DNA of 64,000 nt from Squalus acanthias (GCA_030390025.1 CM059426.1:34658001-34722000); one strand, 5' to 3'. Positions 1 through 13,000 are shown, counted from the first letter of the stretch. Notes: a model not told the origin generated them from the sequence alone. Translations and numbers: made by a program.

Positions 1-133
1 TGCTGAAACAAACATTAAGTCATGGTCCTCAGACTTACAGATACTTTTCAAGAGGACTCTTCATCAGAAATGATACATGATAAATAGTCCTATCTGAAAT
101 GTTAACCTGTTTTTCTCTTACAGATACTGATTG

Positions 134-548
134 CTGAAGGCACAGCCGCCAATGGTGGGGCAAAGGAACTGGGGATGGGCAAGTGGCCCAAGTTGGAAGA
201 ACGCAGAGTTCTCAGAGGGTTGTAGGGTTGGAGGAGGCGACAGAGATAGGGATGGGTGAGCCCATGGAGGAATTTGAACACGAGGATGACAATTTAAAAA
301 TCGAGACATTGCTGGACTGGAAGCCAATGTAGGTCAGCGAGCACAGGGTGATGGGTGACTGGGACTTAGTGCGAGATAGGATACAAGCAGCAGAGTTTTG
401 GGTGAGCTTAGGTTTGTGGAGGGTGGAAGATGGGAGGCCAGCCAGGAGGTCATTGGAATAGTCGAGTCTCGAGGTAACAAAAGCATGGATGAGTGATTCA
501 GCAGCAGATGGGCTGAGGCAGGGGCGGAGACGGGTGGTATTACCCAGG
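134..548 (-). mobile_element. L2-clade LINE fragment (C-terminal part of ORF2)
   Basis: Minus-strand translation RLRPCLSPSAAESLIHAFVTSRLDYSNDLLAGLPSSTLHK...QNSAACILSRT...SPIT is the typical L2 ORF2 post-RT region. Confidence 0.85.
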
Positions 549-632
549 TCTCCCTTTTGCTCCCTCAGCAGGTTTTCATTAAGTGTATACTCCCATTCCT
601 TGTTTCTCCTTAATATATTAAAATAAATTATA

Positions 633-783
633 GGAACATAAGAATTAGGAGCAGGAGTAGGCCATTTGGCCCTTCGAGCCTGCTCCGCCATTCAGTAAGA
701 TCATGGCTGATCTTCTATTCAACCCCACTTTCCTGCACTATCCCCATATCCCCTGATTCCCTTAATATTCAAAAATCTATCGA
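633..783 (-). mobile_element. CR1 LINE 3' terminal fragment
   Basis: Similar to the 3' tails at 2796-2950 and 3716-3880 (GAACATAAGAA..AGGAGCAGGAGTAGGCCATT..CCTGCTCCGCCATTCA..GATCATGGCTGATC). Confidence 0.85.
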
Positions 784-1410
784 TATATTCAAAAATTATC
801 TTGCACTTACCTACATTAACTTGCATCTACCACCTGTCTGCCCATTTCCCTAACTTCTGTCTTCTTGAAGTATTTTACAGGACTCCTTGGTGTTTGCCAA
901 ACCCCTTACTATTACTCATTTGTCCTCCCCCCCAAAAAAAAATCTTTCTTCCCCATGCGTCAGGTCTAATTGTTTTGATCTTTTTTTTTGAAATACAGCC
1001 AAAGTAGTTCAAGTAACAACAAGCCTTTTTTTATTGAAACGCACTCAGGCATTTACTAAGAGTTCATTAATAAAATCCTTAAGCTTGCCGGGTAAGTAGA
1101 GAAACACTATTCCAGTCACATTCAGTTTGCAGCCGGGGAATGGATGGAGGCTGCGCTGGTGCAGTGTGTATGAGGAGTGTGGGGGTTTCACAGAGCAACG
1201 CGACGTATCACCAACGCAACCACCTACCATTTCTGCATTGCAGAATTTTGACTCCGTCCATTTTCATTTCATATATATAAACCAGAACAATAGATTGTCA
1301 ATATAATCGACTTACTTTTCTTTCTTCCCTCCCCACCCTCCCTCCCCATCTTGTTAAGATAAGCGAACAGATATGGGTCTGTTTTCGTTTTGCTGTTGAG
1401 GTGGTGCACG

Positions 1411-1589
1411 ATGAGGATTTGCAGGATGGTTCGTATGGCGAGTGTGCTGGGTTTGGTGATGTTAAGCGTCGCTCTGCTTATTCTATCATTGATCAGCTAT
1501 GTCTCACTCAAAAAGGACAACCTCTTCGCCACCCCGAGATATCTAGGCTCGGCCGGCCCTAGAATGTACATGTTACACAGTGGATTTCG
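1411..1589 (+). CDS. ST8SIA3: ST8SIA3 (alpha-2,8-sialyltransferase III) coding exon 1: cytoplasmic tail and type II transmembrane anchor
   Basis: ATG at 1411; MRICRMVRMASVLGLVMLSVALLILSLISYVSLKKDNLFATPRY...PRMYMLHSGFR; donor CG|GTAAGT at 1589/1590; 179 nt, phase 2. Confidence 0.95.
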
Positions 1590-2795
1590 GTAAGTTTGTG
1601 GGGGAAAAACCCCGCCCTTTTAAAAAAATGTTGGATCAAAGTCAATAGAATCTGTGGACAATTAGACGTTTTCTCAGTTGCAGCCCCCGGTGCCCGCCTC
1701 GCTTCCCCAATCGATTGGATCAGGCTTCAAACCACACCAAAAACAAAAGCCTGCATCATTTCTTTGTTTTTGTCAGAAAGTAATAATGGTATTGTTTGAG
1801 AAAAGGCACGCAGGCCCGTGCATCACCGCAGGCACACAGCATCATATGTGTGTTGTGATCCTGACATGTTCAATCTCTTGCCCCCCCCCCCCCCCCCCTC
1901 TTCAAGCACCACTATTTAATCGGCATATTTTAGATTCATCCCCCGCCTCCGAGTCGTTTCATGTAAAATAAAATGTCGGGTGGGGGGTGGGGGTTGATGC
2001 CAGATGTTTGCGGGATAAACGGATTGTAGTGGTTTGCTGAGTGATGTGCAGCTGCCTGCCGCTCTGTGAGTGGAAGCACGGTATCCGCACAGTGGTCCTT
2101 GCAGGGCCCAGCGGTGCTGCTGAAGCGGCAGCGCTCGCCGCCGGGGTCTGTGGGCTATTGACTGCTTCCCACAGCACCGTGCTCACGGCCATCCTTTATT
2201 TAAGGGGGGGGTTGGGGGGGGGGGTGGTGGAGGGAGGGAGGTGGTGGGGGGGGCGGGTGGTAAATGCTTCAAACGGAAGTATTGCTGTTGTTTACGTGTG
2301 TGTGTGTGTATAAACACAAATACAATTGTCCAAGTTTCATTGTGATAACAGATATGCCCAATGCTGTAGCTGTAAAACAAATAACATTTGGGTTTTTTTT
2401 GTGTGCAAAGGCCGCAGCATTGCTGGCCTTGGGAAGCTGTACGCGCACGCTTGGAAGAAGTGGTTGCCATTAAATAATTCAAATTTAAAGATGAAATCGA
2501 GAGCACGATAGAGAGGAGAGCATTATAACCAAATGTGCATGTTCCTTTTTTTTAAAAAAGCCAAGGGAATTGATACAGTGTCTTATTTTTTGTAATGCCG
2601 AGAGTGTAATTAATTGCCAAGGAACAATTCCCGAAACTAATTATTTCATGCCTTTCTTAAGACCTATTATCACATTGCAGTTAAAAAAAATCTTACGGGT
2701 AAACAACACAACTTTGTGCAAGCATTTCAGTCTACATGCATGTAAATAATACGGGAGTGGGTTCCTTTCTCTTACAATTGTTGGAATTGAGATGG

Positions 2796-3395
2796 TATAA
2801 GAACATAAGAAATAGGAGCAGGAGTAGGCCATTCGGCCCTTCGAGCCTGCTCCACCATTCAATGAGATCATGGCTGATCTTCTGCCTCAACTCCATTCAC
2901 CGGCCCTATCGCCATATCCCTTGATGCCCTTACTAGTCAGAAATCTATCGACTTCTGTTTTAAATATACCCAATGACTGAACCTCCACAGCCCTCTGGGG
3001 TAGAGAATTCCAAAGATTCACCACCCTCTGTGTGAAGAAATTTCTTCTCCTCTCAGTCCTGAATGGCCTACCCTTTATCTTGAGGCTGTGGCCCCTGGTT
3101 CTAGACTCCCCAGCTAAGGGAAACATTCTCCCAGCATCCATCCTATTAAGCCCTGTAATAATTTTGTGTGCTTCAATGAGATCCCCTCTCATTCTTCTGA
3201 ATTCAAGAGAATACAGGCCTAGTTTACTCAATCTCTTCTCATACGACAGTCCTGCCATCCCAGGAATCAATCTCGTGAACCTTCGTTGCACTCCCTCTAT
3301 GGCAAGTATATCCTTCCTTAGGTAAGGAGACCAAAATTGTACACAGTACTCCAGGTGTGGTCTCACCAAAGCCCTATATAATTGGAATAAGACTT
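2796..3395 (-). mobile_element. Young 5'-truncated CR1 LINE
   Basis: ORF 2887-3369(-) VRPHLEYCVQFWSPYLRKDILAIEGVQRRFTRLIPG...RRNFFTQRVVNLWNSLP is the CR1 ORF2 C-terminus, followed by an intact 3' tail. Confidence 0.95.
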
Positions 3396-3455
3396 CATTA
3401 CTGGAGTAAGACTATACTGCAACTCCTCAAACATGCTACGAATATTTGTCTAATG

Positions 3456-3476
3456 CAATATGTCCATGGTGCTGAT
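3456..3476 (-). promoter_or_regulatory. RE1/NRSE (REST-binding) element in ST8SIA3 intron 1
   Basis: Minus strand reads ATCAGCACCATGGACATATTG; the 15-nt core TCAGCACCATGGACA matches the RE1 consensus TTCAGCACCNNGGACAGCGCC, with a degenerate 3' tail. Confidence 0.7.
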
Positions 3477-3501
3477 TTAGAGTGAAGACCCCTTTGCACA
3501 C

Positions 3502-3715
3502 ACAACAACAACTTGTATTTATATATCGCATTTAAGACAAAAATTGTCACAGAGCCAAAGGAAAGATTAGAACAAACGTCCCAAAGCTTGGTCAAGGAGG
3601 TAGGATTTAAGGAGTGTCTTAAAGGAGAAGAGGTTTAGGGGAGAATTCCAGAGCTTGGGGCCTAGACAGTTGAAGGCACAGCTACCAATGGTGGGGCAAG
3701 GAAGTCAGGGATGCA
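3502..3715 (-). mobile_element. L2 LINE 3' end fragment, interrupted by the next CR1 copy
   Basis: ACAACAACAACTTGTATTTATAT tail. CAGTTGAAGGCACAGCTACCAATGGTGGGGCAA matches the L2 copy at 134-165. Confidence 0.75.
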
Positions 3716-4210
3716 GAACATAAGAACATAAGAAATAGGAGCAGGAGTAGGCCATTCAGCCCTTCAAGCCTGCTCCGCCATTCAATGAGATCATGGCTGA
3801 TCTTCTGCCTCAACTCCATTCACCGGCCCAATCGCCATATCCCTTGATGCCTTTACTAGTCAGAAATCTATCGACTTCTGTTTTGAATATACCCAATGAC
3901 TGAGCCTCACAGCCCTCTGGGGTAGAGAATTCCAAAGATTCACCACCCTCTGTGTGAAGAAATTTCTTCTCCTCTCAGTCCTGAATGGCCTACCCTTTAT
4001 CTTGAGGCTGTGGCCCCTGGTTCTAGACTCCCCAGCCAAGGGAAACATTCTCCCAGCATCCACCCTATCAAGCCCTGTAATTATTTTGTGTGCTTCAATG
4101 AGATCCCCTCTCATTCTTCTGAATTCAGGAGAATACAGGCCTAGTTTACTCAATCTCTTCTCATACGACAGTCCCGCCATCCCAGGAATCAATCTCGTGA
4201 ACCTTCGTTG
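3716..4210 (-). mobile_element. Young 5'-truncated CR1 LINE, near-identical to 2796-3290
   Basis: ORF 3860-4192(-) encodes the CR1 ORF2 C-terminus with one frameshift; tail GAACATAAGAACATAAGAAATAGGAGCAGG. Confidence 0.95.
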
Positions 4211-4485
4211 CCAGAATTGCAGCGACCTGAGCCTTACTGCACTCTAAGTAAAAGAGAGAAGATCCAACTAGAGGTAAATATTTTAACAAAGCCAGGAAAA
4301 CAATCCGTAATTTTAAGTAATCAAGTAATTTTAAAATTAACAACGATTAATAGAATAGATTATGAGTTCTACTGGTCATTGGTCAAGAAAAGAAGTGCAG
4401 TAGATAATATTAAATCCATTTTTATTGAGCTAACTAAATTAACGTAACTGCTCTGAGCACCGCGTGTCTCAAAACCCCTTCATAA

Positions 4486-4585
4486 GAAAGACCTGCATTT
4501 ATATAGCATCTTTCACAACCTCGGGACATCCCAAAGCGTTCACAGCCAATGAAGTACTGTACTTTTGTAGTGTAGTCACTGTTGC
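4486..4585 (-). mobile_element. 3' fragment of a Deu-type SINE
   Basis: Reverse complement of the 3' end of the full SINE at 58820-58920 (AAGAAAGAC(C/T)TGCATTTATATAGC..TTTCAC.ACC.CGGGACATCCCAAAGC). Confidence 0.75.
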
Positions 4586-4689
4586 AGGTCTACATCTGCA
4601 TAGCTATAATGAAGAGTGTACACCAGTAAAGGTAAATGTCAAAGAATGATTGCAACTGGCGAAGTTTCAGAATTAGAAGCTAGCAAATG

Positions 4690-5690
4690 TACTATATATT
4701 AAAAAGGGGGACAAATCGGACTTGGGCAACTGCAGGCCCGCTATCTTAATGTCACAAAAGGGTAAAATGATGGAAACCATTGGGTGGAGAAGTACCATAA
4801 AGCAACAGGTGAGTAAGAAACAGCCAGCCTAGATTTAGAAGGGGAGATCCTAGTTGCTGAATCTCCTGGACCCATCTGAGTAAGTTGCCAATAAAGTAGG
4901 TAGTAGAACTCTGGGTGATAATTGTTTATTTGGACTTTCAGAACGCCATTAACCCACATGAAGGTGCCACATGAAACACTGCAAATAAAACTGAAATCAT
5001 GGGAATCCAGAGTAGTACTTGGAACTGGATAAAAAGTTGGATAAGAAGTATAGAACAGAAAATACTCATGAGAGGTCTAGTGTCAGGCCGCAGGGAGGTT
5101 CTGAGGAGGGAGGGTAAGAATCAATAGTTGACAATATAGAAAAACAATTTTAAAAAACGAATAAAACTTTGGAATACCTAGCCGGGACCATGGATTCCAA
5201 GTCTACTGGGGCTGTAGAAATATACTGGTGAGACCATACATGGGAGTATGGAGTACAATTTTGCTCAACATGTTTCAGAAGATGCATATATTGGAGTGGG
5301 TGCAAAGGAAAACAATAAGATTGATCACAAGTATAAAGGGGATAAACTATCAGGAAAGATTAAAGAAAGTTATGCTGTGCAGTATAGAAAGAAAAGACTA
5401 AAGGTGGAACTTCACTGAGGTTTAAAAAGTGGTGCAGATAATGTGAACCAGAATATTTCAAGGTAAGTGAGATGAGTAGTGCCAGAGAACATAGATTAAA
5501 ATTAGTACATTTAAAACATTTTTTTGATACCGAAAGGCTGAAATATTTGGAATCATCTCGTTAAGTGGCAGAGTGAAAGATATTAGGGGCTTTCAAAATA
5601 CAGATGGGTGCAAGGGTGAGTGAGTTGGAGTACTGGAGAGAGGCGCATGGGTCGGCTGAGCAACCTTTCCATCCTTGGCCTTCTTACCTT
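4690..5690 (+). mobile_element. Old degenerate CR1-like LINE
   Basis: Decayed CR1 motifs (TATTTGGACTTTCAGAACGC..AAGGTGCCACATG; CTGGTGAGACCATACATGGGAGTATGGAGTACAATTTTG) with many stops and frameshifts. Confidence 0.7.
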
Positions 5691-6335
5691 CTTGTGACGA
5701 GCATTTAGTTGTGAAAAGATAGAGAGGGGCTCTCGGGATTCTACAGTAGCAAATTAGATAATGGGATCTGTAGAGACATCCGTCCTCTAGGAAAAGGCAT
5801 TGTTGCATGAAAACAGAAGCGACGGGGAGTTTACACGGGATAGCTCCGAGGCGAGGGACGGGAGTGGAAGTTACTGACAGAAACAATTAAATAGCCAAAA
5901 TAGTAAATATGCTCAACAGGCGGGGTAATCTTTTTATATATATTAAAAATAGTTTAATCATTATTTACTGGGATGCAGACAATGAGTTCGAGTTCTTGAG
6001 GCCTCTGAGCAAAACAATTTGTAGAATTCTCAGCTCTAACTTAGTTTTGATAAGTAACCTTATACGTGTACTTGGATAGTCGCACGGACGGCAGATGCTC
6101 ATGTTAATATAAATGGTCAAACAAATACTCTCGATAGGTTTAAATAACATTTATTAGTTATAATCAGTGAAAAATTGATAACGGATTCAGATCTTTTGCA
6201 CACACATGTCGGCTCACGAACCAATTAATTGGACTGAGCACTGTTAATTCATGAGTAGCATAGTTAAACCGACAGGGCAATAATACCGTGAAATCGTCAC
6301 TTCTAATTAAACCTTGACGGCGATTTTTCTTGCAG

Positions 6336-6458
6336 GTCACAGTTTGCTTTGAAGTTTCTGGATCCTTCTTTTTTGCCAGCTGGAAATGGCTTTAACGACA
6401 ATGCTCATGCCAAACCTGCAAAGTGGACTTTCAACACAACTTCATTTTTACAGCAAAG
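6336..6458 (+). CDS. ST8SIA3: ST8SIA3 coding exon 2 (stem region)
   Basis: Acceptor TTTTTCTTGCAG|G at 6335/6336; (R)SQFALKFLDPSFLPAGNGFNDNAHAKPAKWTFNTTSFLQQ(R); donor AG|GTAAGT; 123 nt. Too short for the ORF track. Confidence 0.93.
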
Positions 6459-6983
6459 GTAAGTCATTCTGCAAAGTATAGAAAGGGGCGAGAAACTTCT
6501 TTTATCTTTATTCCATAATTTCAGATGTTTTGGTTTTTATCTCTGCAAAGTACATCCTTACCATAAAAGGGGGAGCTTTCAAATAAAATCAGAGCCCTGG
6601 TACGGTTTTTAATATGTAGAACAAAAAGTGATATCACTATTAGAGATGGGTGTCACGAATTAAACAAAACAACTTAAGCGATGACCAACAGAGTCTCAAT
6701 GGGATGTGTCTCAATGGACTGGGATGACGTGATATCAGTAATGGGCATGGAGCCCAATTTCAAAGTTACAACTTCTCGAAAGCCAATCATTAGGATATGT
6801 TTTCCTTCTCAATGGCCCTTCTTGGTTCGATTATTTTCCCTACAAGTTTAAACCTTGTCGTTTTAGCACAACCTGTTTTTACTGAGAATGCTTTTTACTG
6901 CGCTGTTATAAGTATGTGTTCTGAATTCAAACCCATTGCCGAGAAGGAACTGAACTAACACGTTCTCTGTATTTTTGCTTCAG

Positions 6984-7541
6984 GAAGGACATCAGTCGCT
7001 ATGTCGACGTTTTTAAAAATTTCACATTGGTTAAGAAAAACGTGCGAGTGGGACAGTTGCTGCACTATGACTATTCCAACCACAAATACGTTTTTTCTGT
7101 AAGCAATAGTTTTCGATCATTGCTCCCCGAGGTGCCCCCGATATTAAAGATGCACTACAACACTTGTGCGGTTGTTGGGAACAGTGGAATCCTAACAGGA
7201 AGCGGTTGTGGAGCTGAAATAGATAAGTCCGATTTCGTGTTCCGCTGCAATTTTGCGCCAACTGAAACTTTTGAAAAAGATGTTGGGAAAAAAACGAATC
7301 TCACGACCTTCAACCCGAGCATCCTTGAAAAGTACTACAACAATCTATTAACCATCCAAGATCGGAATAAGTTTTTCCTAAATCTTAAAAAGCTTGATGG
7401 AGCCATTCTTTGGATCCCTGCTTTTTTCTTCCACACCTCTGCTCCAGTGACAAGAACTTTGGTAGATTTTTTTATGGAGCATAGAGCGCAACTGAAGATC
7501 CAGTTGGCTTGGCCTGGGAACATAATGCAACATATCAATAA
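6984..7541 (+). CDS. ST8SIA3: ST8SIA3 coding exon 3 (sialylmotif L)
   Basis: Acceptor TTTTTGCTTCAG|G; contains CAVVGNSGILTGSGCGAEIDKSDFVFRCNFAP (sialylmotif L); donor AA|GTAAGT at 7541/7542; 558 nt. Confidence 0.97.
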
Positions 7542-8189
7542 GTAAGTATGTAAGGCTCAAGGATTTTTTTACATGCCATTTATATAAATATTCATAAGAT
7601 GGTGCACAATAGTTATGCCAGTTATAGTCTTAATTGCACATATATATATATATCTTTATGATTTTAAAAACTGTGTGTTGTGGCCATTTAACCTGTCGAT
7701 TTTCTTCTTCGTTTGTCGACTGTATTGTTCCTCGTTGGTTACATGACTTTACTTTCCTCGTTTCAAATTGATTGGCTACCTTTGCATTCTCCAAACAAAT
7801 TTCTCCGAAATTTAAATTTTCTCCCCCTCGCAGATTGACCAAAAGGTCACAGACACAGCTGCCATCGTAATTCCTTATTGGACCCATGTATACCTCTAAA
7901 AGTGAAATGTATAACTTAGTAAGCACCATAAAGAATAAACAATTCTAAAAATAATCACAAACGTACACATAAAACGCGTTTCATCTTCCAATCTTTTCCC
8001 ACATGGTCCAGTGCATCCCATCTGGCCTCATGAACATTCCCGGCCTCGGGTACACGCTCCCTCTTTAGCCTGTTTGCCAGTCTGCCTTGGACCACCGGCG
8101 ACATTCTTCCCACCCTCTTGCTGTTTCCTACGCATTCCAGATGGCCTGAGCATCTTATGAGGTCCGGGTATCTTCACTCTCCTGGATGA

Positions 8190-8320
8190 TAAATTGACCC
8201 TTAGTGTTAGGGGGATTAAATACGTGGGGTTACGGGGATAGGGTGGGATATGTGTCGGTGCAGGCTCGATGGGCCGAAATGGCCTCTATCTGCATTGTGG
8301 GATTCTGTGATTCTGTGACT
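8190..8320 (+). mobile_element. 3' portion of an HE1-type (CR1-tailed) elasmobranch SINE
   Basis: GTGGGGTTACGGGGATAGGG...GTCGGTGCAGGCTCGATGGGCCGAAATGGCCT...GATTCTGTGATTCTGTGA, a CR1-type tail with terminal short repeats. Confidence 0.6.
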
Positions 8321-8739
8321 CACCGGCTATCCTCCATTTCAAAGTCCGAGACCTGCTTCTGCTCTGCTACCCGGGACAGGCTCTACTTTATTTCCCAGGA
8401 TAAAGCCAAGCCAATGCTCCACCCCACAGCCCATAGAACACCTGTGTTCCCCATTCTCTCTCCGACAGTTTCAGTTCTGAATATTGGAATCATTCAACTA
8501 TTGAGTATTTATTCAACGAATTAGTAATAGTCAAATCATTCATCTGTTGTAAATTTATAGAATAATTTATAATATTGGATTCAAAATTATGCTTATGCAA
8601 TAATTTGTATTTACTTAGGACCCCCTTCCCTCAGTCTCTTAACCCTAGCCCCAGCCTCAGACTCTGGCTTTCCACTCCTTCCCAAACCATGTCCACATCT
8701 ACCCCACTGCATCACACGGACACATGAAGACAAGATGAC

Positions 8740-9175
8740 ATACGCCCAGAGGGAGAGAGAGTGAGAATGTTACATCCACAGCTATCAGAGGTTTGGAATT
8801 CCAATCTATTTCCAAGCCTCCATGACGGGCGATAGGAAAATGTGGGAGTGTCAGATATTAAGAAAAGGATAAAGAGAAAGAGAGAAATGATTCGTATAGA
8901 GAAAGCCATGTATAGAGAAATCGCTGTTGTAGACATACTGAGAATGTAAGAATGCAGAAGATGGGTGGCAGGCTAGGAGAAACTCACACAAAGGGAGAAG
9001 AGTGAAAAATAGTACACTCCGAGATACAGGAAGAGAAAGCACTGGAGAGGCGTGCAGAGAAAGAGTGGAAAATAAATTGAAAGACAAAGTCTGAGAGAAA
9101 GAATAGAGTCGGAGAGAAGTAGAGACAGTTGCAGGAAGGGGGAAATGCTCTTCGTGAGAAAATCCACCGTAGATC
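8740..9175 (+). repeat. Purine-rich (GA) low-complexity tract in ST8SIA3 intron 3
   Basis: Strong A/G strand bias with repeated GAGAAA/AGAGA words. Confidence 0.75.
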
Positions 9176-9235
9176 GATGTTTCTTAATTGAAAAAATATT
9201 TTGTGAACCGTTTTTGTTGTTTTACCGTTGAACAG

Positions 9236-9521
9236 ATATTGGAAAACCAAACAGCTGTCGCCAAAGCGCCTAAGTACAGGCATCCTGATGTATACATTGG
9301 CTTCTGCCATTTGCGAAGAGATTCACTTGTACGGATTTTGGCCTTTCGCGTGGGATCCCAACACAGGAAAAGAATTGCCATATCACTACTATGACAAAAA
9401 GGGAACAAAATTCACGACCAAATGGCAAGAGTCCCATCAGCTTCCAGCAGAATTCAAGCTGTTGTTCAAACTACACACTGACGGCTTGACCAAACTGACT
9501 CTTTCACATTGTGCCTCTTAA
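9236..9521 (+). CDS. ST8SIA3: ST8SIA3 coding exon 4 (sialylmotifs S, III, VS; stop)
   Basis: Acceptor ...TTGAACAG|A; STGILMYTLASAICEEIHLYGFW (S), HYYD (III), HQLPAE (VS); ends LTLSHCAS-TAA. Spliced CDS 179+123+558+286=1146 nt, 381 aa. Confidence 0.97.
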
Positions 9522-9971
9522 TACGATGCTTTTGAAGTGCCAAGGCATTTTTTTTCATTCTTTGTTCGGTTTATGTTTCAAAATGCATTTTGTACCCAAT
9601 GCGTAAGCTCTCCATAGGCGACGCTTCGTGGAACACATCTCCAAGTAATTCCAACACTGTGTCACTGACGTGTTCATGAGTTTCCCTGTACTGTGGTAGT
9701 AAAATATTTTATATTTCAAAGTAGTCGGAAGCGCTTAGACGTGAATTTCGGGGCTTTCCTTTAAATACGCGAATGAATGTATTGAACCATAAAGAATCTG
9801 TTTATAGATGTCAATTTACGGACGGGAATAGCTGCATTACAGCGAACAGTGGTGGGAGAGAATGGGCTGGCGATATCAGACCGAGACAGGATGGCCGTGC
9901 CAATCTATCGACGACAATGTAGCTTTCAGAATTATTTAAGCCTGGTATGTTAGGTATGGCACCCAATCAGA

Positions 9972-10032
9972 TTAGGGATGGGCAATAAATGCTGGCTTTG
10001 CCAGCGACGCCCACATTCCGTGAATGAATAAG
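9972..10032 (+). mobile_element. LINE 3'-tail fragment in the ST8SIA3 3'UTR
   Basis: TTAGGGATGGGCAATAAATGCTGGCTTTGCCAGCGACGCCCACATTCCGTGAATGAATAA; a related copy lies at ~61925-61985. Confidence 0.6.
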
Positions 10033-13000
10033 TAACATTTTTTTTTTAATCCTTATGTTGAAACTGCTCAGATTGTTTTACAGGGTGCGGGTGAAAAACT
10101 TAAAACGAGAGAAAAAAAATCCCAGTGACTTCGCTCAGGCACGTTTATTGTCTGACCAATTACCTGTTTCAATGATGCCAATACAATAAAGCCACAGTCT
10201 GCATGTTTGATGTGCTCAGCACGGGAGTTGCTACAATCAACGTTATTTGAGACCCTCCTATTTTTTGTTGTTGAATTTTAGGTCAATTTCTTACATCTTA
10301 ACATGAAGCAGCTAGTGAACTCTGTGCATCCTGGCTGATTTTAAAAGGCCGAATAGCCCGTAAAATGAAATGCAACCCCACATAAATAATATTACCAATG
10401 ACAACGGTTCAAACAGAAGAGAGTGCAATCATTTTATTAAGCGCCTCAACACAACTCTTAATACAATTCAGTTGGAAGAGACGCCACGTTAGACTGAAAG
10501 ACACGGTCTTGAATAGTAGAATGTAAGAGTATTGCAAAATAATTGTTTATTTAAGCATATCCATAAATGGAAAGCGTCTGCTATCTCTCAATCCTGTTTA
10601 TATAGAATATCCTATATGGTTGTCAAAGTGGACATGCAAGTCTTTTGTATGTATGTGTCAATCTTTTTTTTATCATCAAATGAACGGTAAATGTATTACT
10701 TTTGTACCGGTATTTAAAAAAAAAGACTTGTTTTATTTCCTTCACAGTTTCAAAAGAGATCAAATGAGTTTTGAAGTTACAGTGAATGCGTTTTCTTTGG
10801 CTAGCTGCTATATGTCCCTGTCGCCGTGTTAAAGCAGGGTTTTCAAGGAGGGAATCTATACTTTATGTTGTAATGCGAAATTGAAGAATTTTGTTGATTC
10901 ATGTCTGTAAATATTTTTCTCATGCCTGCTATTGTTCATCTATATTAAATTACTTATTAACTTCTGTGAGAACTTCGTTTTAATGGCTTGACCGCATTGT
11001 TGGTAAATGTATAAAGATTTTTAAAACAATGTTTCGCAATCATTGGTGGTAACATCTTAAGAGCTCCACTTAAAACATGACAAAAAGTTATTTGCATTTA
11101 AAAAAATCATTTTTGTATTTATAATATCATGATAAAAAAATCAACTTTGCTTAAAGACTCCGGAGCATGCTACTAGTTGGCTTCAGTCTTGTGCGGTACT
11201 GTGAAAATGAACCGGTTGATATTTTTGAATTATAGACAGAAAAAGCCACGGCCGAAACGAATAATACTTGATTGCTGTATTAACAGGTTTCCTCGAAATA
11301 AATAACGCGCTTTAGGCTTAAAGAACACCACTCATCATCCGGATGTTCACAATGAGTTGGAGCACACCGTGTCTGATTGATGTCGGTGCATAATTAAAGC
11401 TACTATTTCATTTTGCCTTAACTAGCACCGTATAATTCCTCAATGTCGTCTTGAAAGATGAAAAGTCATGTTATATATTGAAGATAAATGCTTTTAAATT
11501 TGTGTCTGTCTATAGAGCTTCCGAGATAAAGCTTTCATATAAACCAGTAACTTGGAGATTTGGGGTTTTAATATGGTAGTTGCGTATTAAATATCAATAA
11601 AAACTAAGATGCAGTTAACTGTAAGCCAACTTTAGCCTATAAATTAATTATACGAATTACACACTCTATATATACACGGAATTATGCGGTTTTGTGAAAA
11701 TGTCGGTCGCATAATTACATTTCCCACATACGCAGCAAGCTTCTATTTGGTCGTCTCCTAAAAGTTGTTTAATGTTGTGCTGTAAAGTGAGACTCCTTAA
11801 TATTTTTATTTATTCCGCACTACACTTACACTTCCGGCCATTCTTGGTGAGAGAGGGAACAGGAGAATGCTGACTGTTGCTTTCCCTCAGCTGAATCTTT
11901 GGTTTACTGAGTCAACCACGGTTATTTGATCAATATTTTAAAAAATCCATAACATTAAAAAGGTTTCCGCCTACAACCACAGTGCCGACCTTCAGAAGGC
12001 ATGTCCCTTTCACAATTACACCTACACATCAAAATGGCCAAACCCGAGACTTTGAGGTAATTTTCCTTTCCTGCTTTATTAAAAACTTTTTGCCCGATCC
12101 CTCAAAATAAATTCTTATTATAGAAAGGATGAGACAAGGCCCATCGCACAATCCAAAGAAATACAACATTAATAGTATCAAATAACATTAACAATGAAAG
12201 CATTTTTGTAATCAAAGTCAGAACAATTCACACAACCTATATGCGCGTTAATTATGCTCAGTGTCCGAAAGATTTTTTTTTAAATTCAAATATAAATCTA
12301 AGTTTTATTTGTAAATTTGGCCCGTCTAGTAAAGACAGGCTTCCCTTCTATGATATTTAAATTATTATTAGAAAGTCTAATGATTATTTTCTACTAAAAC
12401 TATCACACCGTACAGGCAGGTATTTAAGAAAGTATCCGTCCATGAAACCTGTTAATAAAGATGCTGTAGATGCGTGTATTTTAATTAACTATACCTGTTA
12501 TGTTGTAATAACAAGTATACAGACGGCAAGGATACGGATTTCCTATTATTTCCGAACAACTAAAGACTAAGGCTGAAAGAATGTTCCATCTTGTATAACC
12601 CTAACTGTATCAACAAACTATATTTCACACATATTTCCAGATGCGGTTAGGTACACAGCTTGCAAGTGACAAATACTTAGTACTTGTTCAAGTGATCCGG
12701 TTGTACCTGTAAAACACACACCCCGTATTAGTTGGACCACTTGTCTCAGCAGAGTTTGGTTTAAGCTCCAATCCCTTTCACTGAGATTCATTAGCAGCCG
12801 TGCGTGACCGTACAAACTACCACTTGAACCGTTTAAAGCTGCAGCATGGGGGCAAGCATCGGGGAAGGTTCATATTGTTTGCGAATCGTGGAACTTTAAT
12901 GTCCTGTCGACAGCAATTTGAAGAGCGGGAGGGAGAACTACAGCACTCCGAGAAAGAGAAAAGTTATGCTGGCCGAATAGACTCTGCGAAAGTTTATACC

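Noticed and set aside
2204-2260. G-quadruplex-forming G-runs in ST8SIA3 intron 1 (also G/C runs near 1881, 23897, 27346 and 39465)
   Set aside because: G4 potential is plausible, but homopolymer G/C runs are common throughout the window and error-prone in assemblies; no specific evidence of function.
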